Position numbers and translations under genes: made by a program. A DNA stretch of 64,000 nt from an uncultured Bacillota bacterium (GTDB lineage: Bacteria > Sysuimicrobiota > Sysuimicrobiia > Sysuimicrobiales > Segetimicrobiaceae), in assembly GCA_963804645.1 (NCBI GenBank), contig CAWDRG010000022.1, positions 64,001-128,000 of the forward strand, written 5' to 3'. Under the pieces are notes generated by a model. It saw nothing but the letters and a program-made list of their open reading frames with translations, did not search any database and was not told the DNA's origin. How positions within the stretch are numbered: the first letter of the stretch is position 1; every line of letters begins with the position of its first letter. Shown in pieces: positions 47,598 through 57,707 of the stretch.

Positions 47598-48288
47598 CGT
47601 CGACACCCCCCCGTGATAGACACTCGCGGTGTCACCGGTGACCCGGCCAAGCGGTATGCGCCCACCCGTCATTCAGCCGTTCCGCGCACGTTCCCCCCCC
47701 AGATTTCCGGCAAACATTGACCGTCGAGTGCGCAATTCCTTCTCGGCCCGCGCCTCAGGGGAATGAGTGCCAACACCGCCGACCGTCCGCGGCAGACGGG
47801 TGCCGCCCCTGGCGGAGGCGCGGGGGCACACCGGTCCGGCATCCCCCACCTTCCAGACCCGGGGGGTCGGCCGAGACCAAATATCAGAATCCGTCACGAC
47901 GCAAGGGGTTTCGCTGGTGGAGTGTATGGGAAGGAAGAGTACCGCGGCACGATACGTCACGCGGTGCTGCCGGCGCTCGCGGCGCAGTTCGTGGGTGACC
48001 GATCCCATGCGGCGGGGGCCGTACTTACGGCCGATCCTGAGCGCGTGCTTCACGTACCGCGCGCTGCTGCTCGCGGCCCTCAACTGGAGCCATCTCGTGC
48101 TGGCGACCCTCGCCCGCGGGCGCTAGCCGCGCTCGCGCTCCGGCTCGCGATTACCCTGATGAATCGGAAGAGCGTCGGCTTCCGGTTCTACGTGAACGCC
48201 GGCGGCCGCCCGCCTGAGACGCTGACCGCGATCCCCGGACGAGGACGCCGCAACGACAGCGCGTCCTCGTCCGGCGTCGATCGCACGC

Positions 48289-48645
48289 CTAGCGGCGGAG
48301 GTACGTGTCAGTCTTGTCGATCCAATCCTGCCGCGGCGGGCTGAAAAAGTCCATTTCCACGGTATCCTCGACCATCTCGGCGCCGTGCGGGACGCCGCCC
48401 GGGATCAGCAGCACCTCGCCGGGGGACAGCATCAGCTCACCGTCCGGAAACGTAAACCGCATGAGGCCGGACAGGCAGTGGGTCAGCTGCTCGTTCTCGT
48501 GGTCGTGGACCGGCACCACGGTGCCGCGCTTGAATTCGAGCAAGCTGACCATGATCCGGTCCCCCCACAACAGCCGCCGTACCATGCCGGGATTCACCGC
48601 TTCCGGTTCGAGATCCGAGAGTCGACGGTGCACGGGACGTCGCAT
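48289..48645 (-). CDS. Cupin domain protein
   Basis: PVHDHENEQ, IPGGVPH and FSPPRQDW motifs. Confidence 0.9.
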   Translation of the reverse strand: MRRPVHRRLSDLEPEAVNPGMVRRLLWGDRIMVSLLEFKRGTVVPVHDHENEQLTHCLSGLMRFTFPDGELMLSPGEVLLIPGGVPHGAEMVEDTVEMDFFSPPRQDWIDKTDTYLRR

Positions 48646-48804
48646 GCGAGCCCTCCTTCGAACGTTGCGCGGTCGCCTGTCCGTGTGGAACGCGCCATCC
48701 GATCGCGTCGTCGATGTTCACTTCCGCGCGGGCGTCGGCGTTCCTCGCCCGCGCAGCACGGCGGGAGGGCTCGTCAGACGCCGACGCGTCTCGCCGGCCC
48801 CGGT

Positions 48805-49971
48805 CTAGCGCCGCAGGCGCTCATCGAACGGAAAATCCGTCAGCAGCCGGGACCCGGACTCGGTAATGACGACCGTGTCTTCCAGCTCGACGCCGCCCAC
48901 TGTGAGATCGTCAAAGGTATAGAGGGACGGTTCCAGGTTGATCACCATGCCGGGCTGCAGCGGCACGTCGACCCCGGGACCCAGAAGCGGCTCGCCGTGC
49001 AACCCAAACCCCAGTTGATGCCCGCTCGCCCATCCCTGCGCATACCTGCCGAGCCCGGCGTCGTGGACGACCCGGCGCACGGCGGCGTCGACCGCCGAGC
49101 AGAGGACGCCCGGTTTCGCGGTCTTCACCGCCTCCTGCAGGGCATCGTAGGCGGTGCGATAGAGCCTCCGCTGGGGAGCGGTCGGCTCGCCGACCACGAT
49201 GGTCCTGGCGAAATCACCCGTGTAGCCTCGGTGCACGCACCCGAAGTCGAGAATCACCATCTCGCCCGACTCAATCCGCCGGGTCGTCGCGACGCGCTCC
49301 CAGATGGCTGCGTTCGGGCCGGACGCGACGACGGGGATGAAGGGGTTCATTTCGGATCCGAGGGTCCGCATGCGATACTCCGCTGCCGCCGACACCTCGA
49401 TCTCCGTCCGGCCGGGCGCCGCCGCCTCGATCGCCGCGGCCGTTCCCTCCTGCGCGATCTTCAACGCGCGTTCGATCAAGACGACTTCCAGGGGGTGCTT
49501 GATCGCGGCGATGTCGACCCAGACGTCGCCGGCGTCGATCAGCTCCAACCCGGGCAGGCGATCGCGCAGACCCTGATACATGAACTGCGGCAGCAGATCG
49601 AACCCAACGCGTCCATGCGCCAGCGAATAGTCCGCGAGCATCACGGCAAGCGCCGCGGGCCACTCCGCGAGTCGCGGCAGGCGCCGCGTCTCGCGCACCC
49701 GGCTCCGGATCGCCGCGCGCCGCTCCTCGCCCGCGGTTGTAAACCCCAGCACCGCGTCGCGGCCGCGCGGGACCAACGCGGCGTACTCGATGTCGAGAAA
49801 CGGACGATAGCCCTTCGCGTAAAACTCGGTGACGTACCGCACCGCGTCGTGCTTCAGGAGCAGCAGCGCGTCGAGATCTCGGCGGATCAGCGCGTCCTGG
49901 ACCTTCTGAATCTTGGCGCGGTGGACGTCATCTCCACAGTAGAACAGCGGTTCCAGGTCTAAGGTCGTCAC
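48805..49971 (-). CDS. Xaa-Pro peptidase / M24 family protein
   Basis: LDFG...GDFART, GHQLG, NLEPS and ELEDTV metal ligands; creatinase-like N-terminal domain. Confidence 0.9.
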   Translation of the reverse strand: MTTLDLEPLFYCGDDVHRAKIQKVQDALIRRDLDALLLLKHDAVRYVTEFYAKGYRPFLDIEYAALVPRGRDAVLGFTTAGEERRAAIRSRVRETRRLPRLAEWPAALAVMLADYSLAHGRVGFDLLPQFMYQGLRDRLPGLELIDAGDVWVDIAAIKHPLEVVLIERALKIAQEGTAAAIEAAAPGRTEIEVSAAAEYRMRTLGSEMNPFIPVVASGPNAAIWERVATTRRIESGEMVILDFGCVHRGYTGDFARTIVVGEPTAPQRRLYRTAYDALQEAVKTAKPGVLCSAVDAAVRRVVHDAGLGRYAQGWASGHQLGFGLHGEPLLGPGVDVPLQPGMVINLEPSLYTFDDLTVGGVELEDTVVITESGSRLLTDFPFDERLRR

Positions 49972-50050
49972 CGCGCCCCCCCGTCGGCGCCGCTGGCGCG
50001 CCGTCCTCCAACGCTCCCACCGCGCCGCCGCGGCGGCGGCGCCGGTGACG

Positions 50051-50908
50051 CTACACGAATAAGGGGCGCATCGCCAGCCGCGCGATCTGGTCCTGCATCA
50101 GCGCCGGATCCGGCGGGGCCGTGAATCGACTCGCAGCATCCAACACCTTCGGCAGCAGCGCGATGTCGCCCACCGTATTCAGAAACACGCCGGGCCGACC
50201 AAGGACCCAGTGCACCGCGAGGTCGATGTCGTGCTGGTCCTCGAACGGTTGGTACCAGGTGGCACGCGTGCGCGGGTTCCCCCACCACGGGCTCCGCGCG
50301 ATCGCCTTGATCGTCTGCACCGCGACGTTCCGCTCGCGGCACGTCGCGACGACGCGGTCGAACATCGCGGCGTAGTGGGCGTCCTGCATCGCGATATAGC
50401 TGCACGGCAGCAACACCGAGTCGAACTCGAATCGTTCGAGGCTCCGCAGGTGCGTCGCCGCGATCTGTGTTCCGTGCCCCGTCACGCCGATGTACCGGAC
50501 CAGGCCCGCCGCGCGCGCCTCGACACACGCGTCCAGCGCGCCCCCGGGGCTGAGCGCGGTATCCCACTCGATCGGGTCGGCGAGGTTATGCAGCTGGATC
50601 AGGTCGACGTACGGGACGCCCATCCGTTCGAGCGAGAGGTGGATCTGGCGCTTGGCCGCGTCGTAGGTCCGCCCACCCGTCTTGGTGGCGAGGAAGACCC
50701 GGTCACGGTGCGTCTTCAGCCATGGAGCCAGCCGCAGTTCAGCGTCCCCATAGCTCGCGGCGACATCGATGTGATTCACCCCGTAGCGCAGGAGCAGATC
50801 GAGCGTGCGGTCCGCGTCGTCCTGACTGACACGGCCGAGCGCCGCAGCACCGAAGATCGTCCGGGTGCTCGCGTGTCCGGTACGGCCGAACGGGTGCGTC
50901 GCGATCAT
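50051..50908 (-). CDS. Aldo/keto reductase
   Basis: [19 protein letters not shown] and YIGVTGH motifs. Confidence 0.92.
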   Translation of the reverse strand: MIATHPFGRTGHASTRTIFGAAALGRVSQDDADRTLDLLLRYGVNHIDVAASYGDAELRLAPWLKTHRDRVFLATKTGGRTYDAAKRQIHLSLERMGVPYVDLIQLHNLADPIEWDTALSPGGALDACVEARAAGLVRYIGVTGHGTQIAATHLRSLERFEFDSVLLPCSYIAMQDAHYAAMFDRVVATCRERNVAVQTIKAIARSPWWGNPRTRATWYQPFEDQHDIDLAVHWVLGRPGVFLNTVGDIALLPKVLDAASRFTAPPDPALMQDQIARLAMRPLFV

Positions 50909-51109
50909 GACCGGTCCTCCCCTACTCCGCGGTCTGGAGATGAGAGCCCGCGTGCCGCTCGAGCGTCACGAAACCACCCGTGCTAAGCACAGTCTACCGC
51001 ACGCGCAGGGACGCGCGCAAATACCGCGCACGTGGGCATCGGACGGATTCCGTCCGGTCCGCACGCCGCCGCGCGCGTCCACTACCACGGCAGCGGCGGC
51101 ACGGGGGGC

Positions 51110-51487
51110 AGGCGCGTAGTGCGTGCCTCCCGTGAAGACATGACGCACGTGCTTCGTCGCGGAGATGTCCTCGAGGGGGTGTCCCGCGAGCCGCACGATA
51201 TCCGCTGACGAACACCGTGAAGCCGGTGCGGAGCACGATCGAGCCCATCTCCTCGGCGACCGCCTGCAGCCGGTTGTGAAGACTCTCGAGGAAGACGCGG
51301 TCCTCCGACGATGCGTGCGTCATGAGGGCTCCGGCGCCGGGCAGTCCTGCCAGGCCGCGCCCGCGTCGATCTCGCGCATCGTTCGCCGCTCGACGCAATC
51401 GCGCAGCGACGGCGGATACGTCATGAGACTGCGTTTCAGGGTAAATGTGCCCCCGATATCCACGCCCAGCCGATCACGTCCCACCAT
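51110..51487 (-). pseudogene. Collapsed hydantoinase A / hydantoinase B / amidohydrolase remnants
   Basis: MVGRDRLGVDIGGTFT (HyuA start, 55-aa ORF 51320-51487), MTHASSEDRVFLESLHNRLQAVAEEMG (HyuB start at 51323) and ADIVRLAGHPLEDISATKHVRHVFTGG (amidohydrolase end). Confidence 0.8.
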
Positions 51488-51499
51488 CCGGCCTGCCCC

Positions 51500-52381
51500 C
51501 TAGCGCGCCGACCCACCATGCGGCTTCGATTCTTTTCGTCCAACTGACTGGGTCTGGCCGACTGGCGCCGCAAGGGTACGCTCCAGCAGGCGAGCGTCTC
51601 CCAGACGCTCCGACCACCTCGCGAATGCGGCAGTGGGCCCGCGCCACCGAAGCTCGTCCGCGTCGTCGAACAGGTGCGCATCGGTTCTGAGCGTGGCCAG
51701 ACCTTTGAACAGCAGCGCCAGGTCGCGCCGATCTCCATCCAAAGCGGCAGGTGGAAAATTTTCAATGGTTCCGTACCGGTTGAGCAGCCGCGCCGCTCCG
51801 ACCGGACCGATTCTTGGTATCCCTGGATATCCGTCCGCGGTGTCACCGACAAGGGCGAGGAAGTCGGGGATCAGCGCGGGTACTACGCCGAACTTGGCGC
51901 GCACTCCTTCCGCGTCGAGGGTCTTCTGCCCCCTGCGGTCGACCTGCACGATCCTGTCGCCGCGCACGCACTGCGCCAGATCTTTGTCAGGAGACCAGAT
52001 GCAGATCTTCTCCACGCCACGGTTCCGGCACGCGATGTGCGCGGCGGAAGCGAGGCCGTCGTCGGCCTCGAGCTCGGTCATCGGCCACACGGCGACACCC
52101 ATGGCCGCGAGCGCTTCTTCGAGCGGATGAAACTGCGAGAGGAGAGCGGGTTCGACGCCTTCCCCGGTCTTGTAACCAGGCCACAGGTCATTGCGGAAGG
52201 ACTCAATGACGTGGTCGGTCGCAACACCGAGGTGGGTCGCTCCGGTCTCGATCATCTGCAACACCGTATGGAGTACGCCGTTCACGGCGCCGAGGGGTGG
52301 ATCACCGCTCTGGTGGAATCGGCGAAGACCGTAAAAGTGGCGAAACAACTCGTAGGTGCCGTCTACGAGGTGAACAATCAT
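51500..52381 (-). CDS. Stand-alone 5'-3' exonuclease / flap endonuclease (Pol I N-terminal-like)
   Basis: LVDGT, SFRND...YK, EADD, SPDKDL and LVGDTADGYPGIPRIG (H3TH) motifs. Confidence 0.92.
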   Translation of the reverse strand: MIVHLVDGTYELFRHFYGLRRFHQSGDPPLGAVNGVLHTVLQMIETGATHLGVATDHVIESFRNDLWPGYKTGEGVEPALLSQFHPLEEALAAMGVAVWPMTELEADDGLASAAHIACRNRGVEKICIWSPDKDLAQCVRGDRIVQVDRRGQKTLDAEGVRAKFGVVPALIPDFLALVGDTADGYPGIPRIGPVGAARLLNRYGTIENFPPAALDGDRRDLALLFKGLATLRTDAHLFDDADELRWRGPTAAFARWSERLGDARLLERTLAAPVGQTQSVGRKESKPHGGSAR

Positions 52382-52427
52382 GGCGCGGTGAAGTGGCGAG
52401 GCGCCTTGCGCGACACAGCGATTGCCC

Positions 52428-52715
52428 TTACCGCCGAACCGCAGGCGCAGCGCCGAATCTCTCGGCGGTGCGAGCCTTCGCCCTCGCGGCCTCCACTTGT
52501 CGATTCTTTGCCGGTGCGGTGGTGTCGAGCGAACGGAGAAACCGAGTCGAGGCGGCGGCGATGTCATCCACCGCAGCCAGGAACGCGCCTTCGTTGATCC
52601 GTGACGGTTTGGTAAATCCGCTGAATTTTCTCACGAACTGAAGTGACGCGTCTCGGATCTCCTCGACAGTGGCAGGGGGATCGTAATTGAAGAGGGTTCT
52701 GATGTTCCGGCACAT
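52428..52715 (-). CDS. DUF2277 family protein
   Basis: MCRNIRTLFNYDPPAT...LQFVRKFSG signature. Confidence 0.9.
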   Translation of the reverse strand: MCRNIRTLFNYDPPATVEEIRDASLQFVRKFSGFTKPSRINEGAFLAAVDDIAAASTRFLRSLDTTAPAKNRQVEAARAKARTAERFGAAPAVRR

Positions 52716-52910
52716 TCGACAAGCCCTCAACGGTGAGACATGCTCACATGGCGTGAGCGGCGCTGTGTTGCTTCGGGCAATTCTCGTCTGCATTCCTACT
52801 TTCCTCGGCAGGTGCCGAGCACGCCAACGCACGTGAAACTCCGGAAGGATTCGCGTCTTGGCTTATGCCTCTAGGTCCCTCATCCACGCTCATCGTCACG
52901 GGTTCCGTTC

Positions 52911-53261
52911 GTGGCTGAGTTTCCTCAAGGCGATCCTATCGCTGTGCGTACACTCGCTCAGGTTCACGACCAAGAGCTCCGTGAACGCGCCCGCGAGCAT
53001 CACGACCGCATCCCGCACTTGCGCTGGAAAATCGGGGCGTTGCTGGGATTCGGCGTCCGCGCCGATTACTTCGACTATGTGAACATGTTTGTCGCCGCCC
53101 CGCAGCTCCAGCAGCTCTTCCACCTCGGTCCGGCCCAGATCGGCCTGTTCGGGCCGAGCGCCGCTCCGCGCCTACGAGCGGCGGCCGGCAGACACCTTCG
53201 CGGCGCGCCGAAGCGTCAGCGTCGTGTCGTTCGAGAACGCGGCAATGCACGCAGGGCGTAA
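52911..53261 (+). pseudogene. N-terminal fragment of an MFS transporter
   Basis: LLGFG...DYFDYVNMFVAAPQLQQLFHLGPAQIGL resembles MFS TM1 and loop, then the sequence degenerates. Confidence 0.55.
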
Positions 53262-53351
53262 TGACTTGATGACGAACACCCCATTCGACTTGACACCGAT
53301 CACAGGCGGACAGCCCACATTCGGAGTGCCCGCCGGGCACAGGAGGCTACC

Positions 53352-53828
53352 GTGGCTTTACAAATTTTCTTGCAGATCCCCGGCATAAAAGGAGAGAGTA
53401 CCGTAGCAGGGCATGAACAGTGGATTGAGCTGAACAGCGTCTCGTTCGGCGTCAGCACCGCGGTTGCAGCACCCACAGGACAGCTCGGCAAGCCACAGTT
53501 CGATGCAGTGACTGCAACGAAACCCTTGGACAGCACGTCGTTTCCCCTGTACAACTATGCTCTCACGGCCAAGGGCATCGACGGGGCACTGATTGAGATC
53601 GTAGGGCAGGCAGGCGACGTCCAAACGGTGTTGTACCGGGTCGACCTAACCAAAGGCAATATCGTCGCGGTGTCGTCTCAGATTCAGAACGCGCAAGCCC
53701 AGGGACAGGAGACGCTTCAGTTCTGGTGCAGCCAGATGCAGTGGTCGACGAACCGCGTCAGCGCAAGTGGAGCACCCGTCGTGGCTTTTCAAACCGGATG
53801 GGACGTGGTCAACAATAAAACGATCTGA
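53352..53828 (+). CDS. hcp: Hcp family type VI secretion tube protein (orphan in this window)
   Basis: FLQIPGIKGES...HEQWIEL.S.SFG, TKPLDSTSFPL, ETLQF and GWDV motifs; AGGAGG RBS. Confidence 0.9.
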   Translation: MALQIFLQIPGIKGESTVAGHEQWIELNSVSFGVSTAVAAPTGQLGKPQFDAVTATKPLDSTSFPLYNYALTAKGIDGALIEIVGQAGDVQTVLYRVDLTKGNIVAVSSQIQNAQAQGQETLQFWCSQMQWSTNRVSASGAPVVAFQTGWDVVNNKTI

Positions 53829-53954
53829 GCGAACGGCTACGCTGGCGTGTGTGCGCGCCCCGTAGGGTGCGGCCGGACGCGATCGGCTCCCGTTTTCCGA
53901 AACCCTGGCGCCCTTGAAGGTTTTCTCACGCGCGCGACAGGTTTAGGCCGACAA

Positions 53955-54800
53955 TTACACTCCGAAATCGCCACGCCTCCCCCGTCCTAAAGCGGTATCT
54001 GCCCGGACCAGCGGACCGTAGAGTCCGGGCCGCCGGCTGGCGAAATAGTCAAACAGTCCCCGGCTTTGCGCGATCAGGGACAGGTCCAAATCGCCGACAA
54101 GCAGCGTTTCGTCTGCCCCGGCTCGACACACCACACGGCCGAGGGGGTCGCAGATCCCGCTTCCGCCGAAGAACTGGACATTCTCTTCCGTTCCCACCCG
54201 GTTGGTAAGCACCACGAACGCGTGATTCTCCAGTGCTCGCGCTTTGAGATACGCCTCCTGGTAGGATTCGAACGGCGACATGTTCGCCGACGACACGAGT
54301 AGGATCTGGGCACCTTGCAGCGCAGTGATGCGAGCCGACTCGGGAAATTCGATGTCGAAGCAAATCATCAGCCCGACCCGGCAACCAGCGATAGTAACCA
54401 CCACATGCTCGCTGCCGGCGGAGAAATACCGATGTTCCGCACCGTAGAGATGGATCTTGCGGTAGCAAGCCTCGAACTCCCCAGTGGCCGAAATCAGGCA
54501 GACCGCGTTGTAGACGGTATCGCGCGCCCGATCGGCCTCGGGGAATCCTATGACGACGGCGATCCGATGGGCGCGCGCGTGCGCGGCCAAGATCTTCAGT
54601 GTGGACCCGTCGACGTGCTCGGCAATCTCGCGGGTGTGTTCGCGCGTAAAATACCCGGTCAAAAAGAGTTCAGGAAACACCAGCAGATCCGCCCGCGCCG
54701 CGGAAGCGTCTGCGATGACGCGCGCCGCGGTCGCCAAGTTCGCGGGCTTGTCCCCCAGGACCGGGCGAAGTTGTGCGAGTGCGACTCTCATCTGCGTCAT
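53955..54800 (-). CDS. Carbon-nitrogen hydrolase (nitrilase superfamily amidase)
   Basis: Glu-Lys-Cys triad: FPELF, YRKIHL, ICFDIEFPE. Confidence 0.93.
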   Translation of the reverse strand: MTQMRVALAQLRPVLGDKPANLATAARVIADASAARADLLVFPELFLTGYFTREHTREIAEHVDGSTLKILAAHARAHRIAVVIGFPEADRARDTVYNAVCLISATGEFEACYRKIHLYGAEHRYFSAGSEHVVVTIAGCRVGLMICFDIEFPESARITALQGAQILLVSSANMSPFESYQEAYLKARALENHAFVVLTNRVGTEENVQFFGGSGICDPLGRVVCRAGADETLLVGDLDLSLIAQSRGLFDYFASRRPGLYGPLVRADTALGRGRRGDFGV

Positions 54801-55178
54801 GTCCTCCCGTTGGCGGCGATGTCGCAGTTGCGCGATTCAACGCGAGATCGCTTCCGTCCCGGTCTCCGAGCCCCGTCGTGCAACTTACCGTCGTAGCACG
54901 TTTCGTCCACCCTGCGTTGCCACTCCTCCCGGTCGTGAGGCGAACGTCACCCGCTGGACCGGCATGACTGCGCGGGCCTCGCCATTGCGAACCAGGCAGG
55001 CAATGAATGGGTCCATGGAAGCGGTCTGGGACAGCGACGCCGGCGAGGGGCGAGGCGTGTTGCCCATCGGGTCGGTGGCGTGACCGATGTCATCGTACGG
55101 CAACACCATCACAGGGCGATCACCAGCGTACCAGCGGGTGGCGCGGGCGCGGAGACCCAGACGCCACCCGCTGCACGG

Positions 55179-56189
55179 CTATGGCCAATTGACGACTGGC
55201 ACACCGGTCGGCACGACGCTCCCGCCCGCCGGCTCAATCGTGACTTCGATCGCATTCGGCAGTGTTTCAAACGCCGACCCTTCCGCGATGACACGTCCCT
55301 CGCCCTGCGCATCGATTCGGACCACCCCGAGTGATGTCCACACAGCGCCGTGTCGGACCCAGGCTTGATAGCTCCGCCCCTGCGGGGCGGGTGACAGGTA
55401 GGAAACGGTCAGGATTGCCATCGGCACCCCGGCCCGGCCGCGATAATATCCATGTGCCGCCCGCGGCGCGTTGGGCGTCGGCGCGAGCCGGATCACTTTG
55501 GTTTCGCTGGTCGTGGCGAGCGTCAGCGCCCGTTCGTCGAGGTTGCGCGTCGCGACCTCGTCGTGGTAAAGCACTCCGGCGGCGCCGAGGATGGCGACGA
55601 GCGCGCCCCCAATCGCGAGGGGCGCCAGTTTGTCTCGCAACCGCTGTAACCCGCCGCGGATTCGCGTCTTGGCCGTCCCGAGCGGAAGGCGCAGTTCCTC
55701 GGCGACCTGTTCGTGGGTTTGGTCTTCAAAGAATGCGAGTTTGAGGGCCTCGCGTTGCGCCGCGGGCAGCTCGTCGAAGGCCGACCGGACCGTCGACCGA
55801 ACGCTGTCCCGCCACGCGATCTCATCCGGCTCCGGACCCGCGTCCGGGACGCTCGCGAGCGTGAATCCATCGGGATCGTTGACCGCCTGAGGTCGCCGGC
55901 TGCGTCCGCGAAGCTCGTTCAGGACCCGATAGTGCGCGATCTGAAGCAGCCACGGGCGAAACGCACCCCGCCTGGGATCGAAGACCGAGGCCTTGCGCCA
56001 GACTGTCAGAAACACGTCTTGCACGACTTCCTCGGCGGCTGCCCGGTCGAGCGAGTGACTCGCGACCGCAAAGACCACGCGCGCGTAACGGCTGTAGAGC
56101 GGCCCGAGCGCCTCCTGGCGTCCCGCGGCCAACTCGCTCATCAACCGCTCGTCGGTGTGTTCCTGACGGGGTGATAGCTTTCTGAACAT
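55179..56189 (-). CDS. ECF sigma factor (SigK-like) fused through a TM helix to an RskA-like anti-sigma C-terminal domain
   Basis: Sigma2 AEEVVQDVFLTVW, sigma4 LPLGTAKTRIR, TM LAIGGALVAILGAAGVLY, RskA motifs RSYQAW, SLGV and VTIEPAGGS..PTG. Confidence 0.88.
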   Translation of the reverse strand: MFRKLSPRQEHTDERLMSELAAGRQEALGPLYSRYARVVFAVASHSLDRAAAEEVVQDVFLTVWRKASVFDPRRGAFRPWLLQIAHYRVLNELRGRSRRPQAVNDPDGFTLASVPDAGPEPDEIAWRDSVRSTVRSAFDELPAAQREALKLAFFEDQTHEQVAEELRLPLGTAKTRIRGGLQRLRDKLAPLAIGGALVAILGAAGVLYHDEVATRNLDERALTLATTSETKVIRLAPTPNAPRAAHGYYRGRAGVPMAILTVSYLSPAPQGRSYQAWVRHGAVWTSLGVVRIDAQGEGRVIAEGSAFETLPNAIEVTIEPAGGSVVPTGVPVVNWP

Positions 56190-56242
56190 GCTGCCCTCCA
56201 CGCTACAGTTGTCGGCCATCATTCATCTTCCTTCACCGCGCG

Positions 56243-56788
56243 TCAGCGGACGATGACCGTCGCCTGCATAAACGGATGCACCGTGCAATTGTAGAGGTAG
56301 GTCCCGGCCTTCGTGAACGTGACGCTGACGCTGGTCCCCGGCTGCAGCTGCCCCGTATCCCAGGCTTTCGCCGCATCCGTGGCGGTATGTGGGACCGGGT
56401 CATCGTTCACCCACGTCACCGGCTGGCCGGCATCGACGGTCACGGTCGCCGGGCCGAACGTGAAGCTCTTAATGTGGATACGGACCCCTTGAATCGCGGC
56501 CGCCTGCGGTGACTGGGCGAGCGCGCCGGCTGGTCCTGTGGCGGTTGCCGTCCCTCCGTGACCTGAACCGGTCTCCCCGATGCCGATCACGTGGCGGCGA
56601 GGGACACCGCTGTCGAAGCCGGGTGCCGCCGTCGCCGTCAGAAGAGGATGCAGCTGCGAGAGCCCGACGAACGCCACCGTCACCAGGCTCGCCAGCGTCG
56701 GCAGGACCGGCCGCGTACCCCGCCGTCCCGCGCCCGTCGCCGGTTCACGTATGAATCTGCGAAGAACGCCACCCACGAGTGTCGTCAT
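56243..56788 (-). CDS. Type-1 copper cupredoxin (amicyanin/plastocyanin-like)
   Basis: His-Cys-His-Met ligands: PHTAT...YNCTVHPFM; hydrophobic N-terminal segment. Confidence 0.9.
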   Translation of the reverse strand: MTTLVGGVLRRFIREPATGAGRRGTRPVLPTLASLVTVAFVGLSQLHPLLTATAAPGFDSGVPRRHVIGIGETGSGHGGTATATGPAGALAQSPQAAAIQGVRIHIKSFTFGPATVTVDAGQPVTWVNDDPVPHTATDAAKAWDTGQLQPGTSVSVTFTKAGTYLYNCTVHPFMQATVIVR

Positions 56789-56893
56789 GATCGATCGTCC
56801 CCTCATCGTGTTGATTGCAACGGCTTGGCGCGGCGCCGGACGGACACCAGACAGAGGGCGCGTCCTCGCGCGGACCATACCGCAGCGGCACGT

Positions 56894-57592
56894 CTACGGC
56901 ATCGCCAGCGCTCGGATATCGGCGGTAAGATCGTCGGGGTCCAGGTTGCCCGGGAGGAACAGCACGAGCTTGCCGGTCCGGTCGATCATGTACACGATCG
57001 CGGTATGGCCCACTTCCGAGGTCGTGGGCGTCGCCGCGGCCACCGCCTCGGGATTGACAGCCTTGGCGTCACTCCCGACGTAGTAATGCGCCCAGACCGG
57101 GCGAAGCTGCGCGAACGTCCCGCGCAGGTACGTCAGCTCGTTCCGCACGTGGTGGACCGCGAGGAATCTCCGCACGGCTTCCCGGCTGTCGCCGGTTGGG
57201 TCCACGCTGACCGCCACGAACGCTACGCGGCTTGCCGCCGGCCCCAACCGGCCGTGCACCGTATGCATCGCGTCGGCAATCAGCGGACACACGTCTGGAC
57301 AGTGCGTATAGAGGAACGTCAACACCACGACCTTGCCGCGGAGATCGGCGAGCGACACGACGCGATCGTCCTGGTCCGGCAACCGGAACTCGTAGGCATT
57401 CACGGGCGGATTCAAGAGGGCGCCCGCGAGCGCCGGTGCCTCATGGGCCCGGATTGTGGCCGCAGTCGCGGCGACTGCCGCGGCAACAACCAGCGCGAGC
57501 GCGAGGCTCCGCCACCGCGCACGGGCGCCGGTCGGCGGCTCGTCGAATCGGGGCCCTGCAGCGTCGTCTGCACGATGAGACGTCATCGACAT
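56894..57592 (-). CDS. SCO1/SenC family copper chaperone
   Basis: YTHCPDVCP, VSVDP and VGHT motifs; N-terminal TM helix. Confidence 0.93.
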   Translation of the reverse strand: MSMTSHRADDAAGPRFDEPPTGARARWRSLALALVVAAAVAATAATIRAHEAPALAGALLNPPVNAYEFRLPDQDDRVVSLADLRGKVVVLTFLYTHCPDVCPLIADAMHTVHGRLGPAASRVAFVAVSVDPTGDSREAVRRFLAVHHVRNELTYLRGTFAQLRPVWAHYYVGSDAKAVNPEAVAAATPTTSEVGHTAIVYMIDRTGKLVLFLPGNLDPDDLTADIRALAMP

Positions 57593-57707
57593 TCTCCTCT
57601 CGGTTCGAGCCGTGCCCGCCGACACACGCACATCCCGGTGGGGGCGCGGCGCAGGTCGGACGCGGGTGAGCCCCAACACCACAGGGCCCACCGGCGCCCG
57701 CGGACCG

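Noticed and set aside
47673..48344. Overlapping small ORFs between the hypothetical gene and the cupin
   Set aside because: No RBS or motif support; probably intergenic or decayed DNA.
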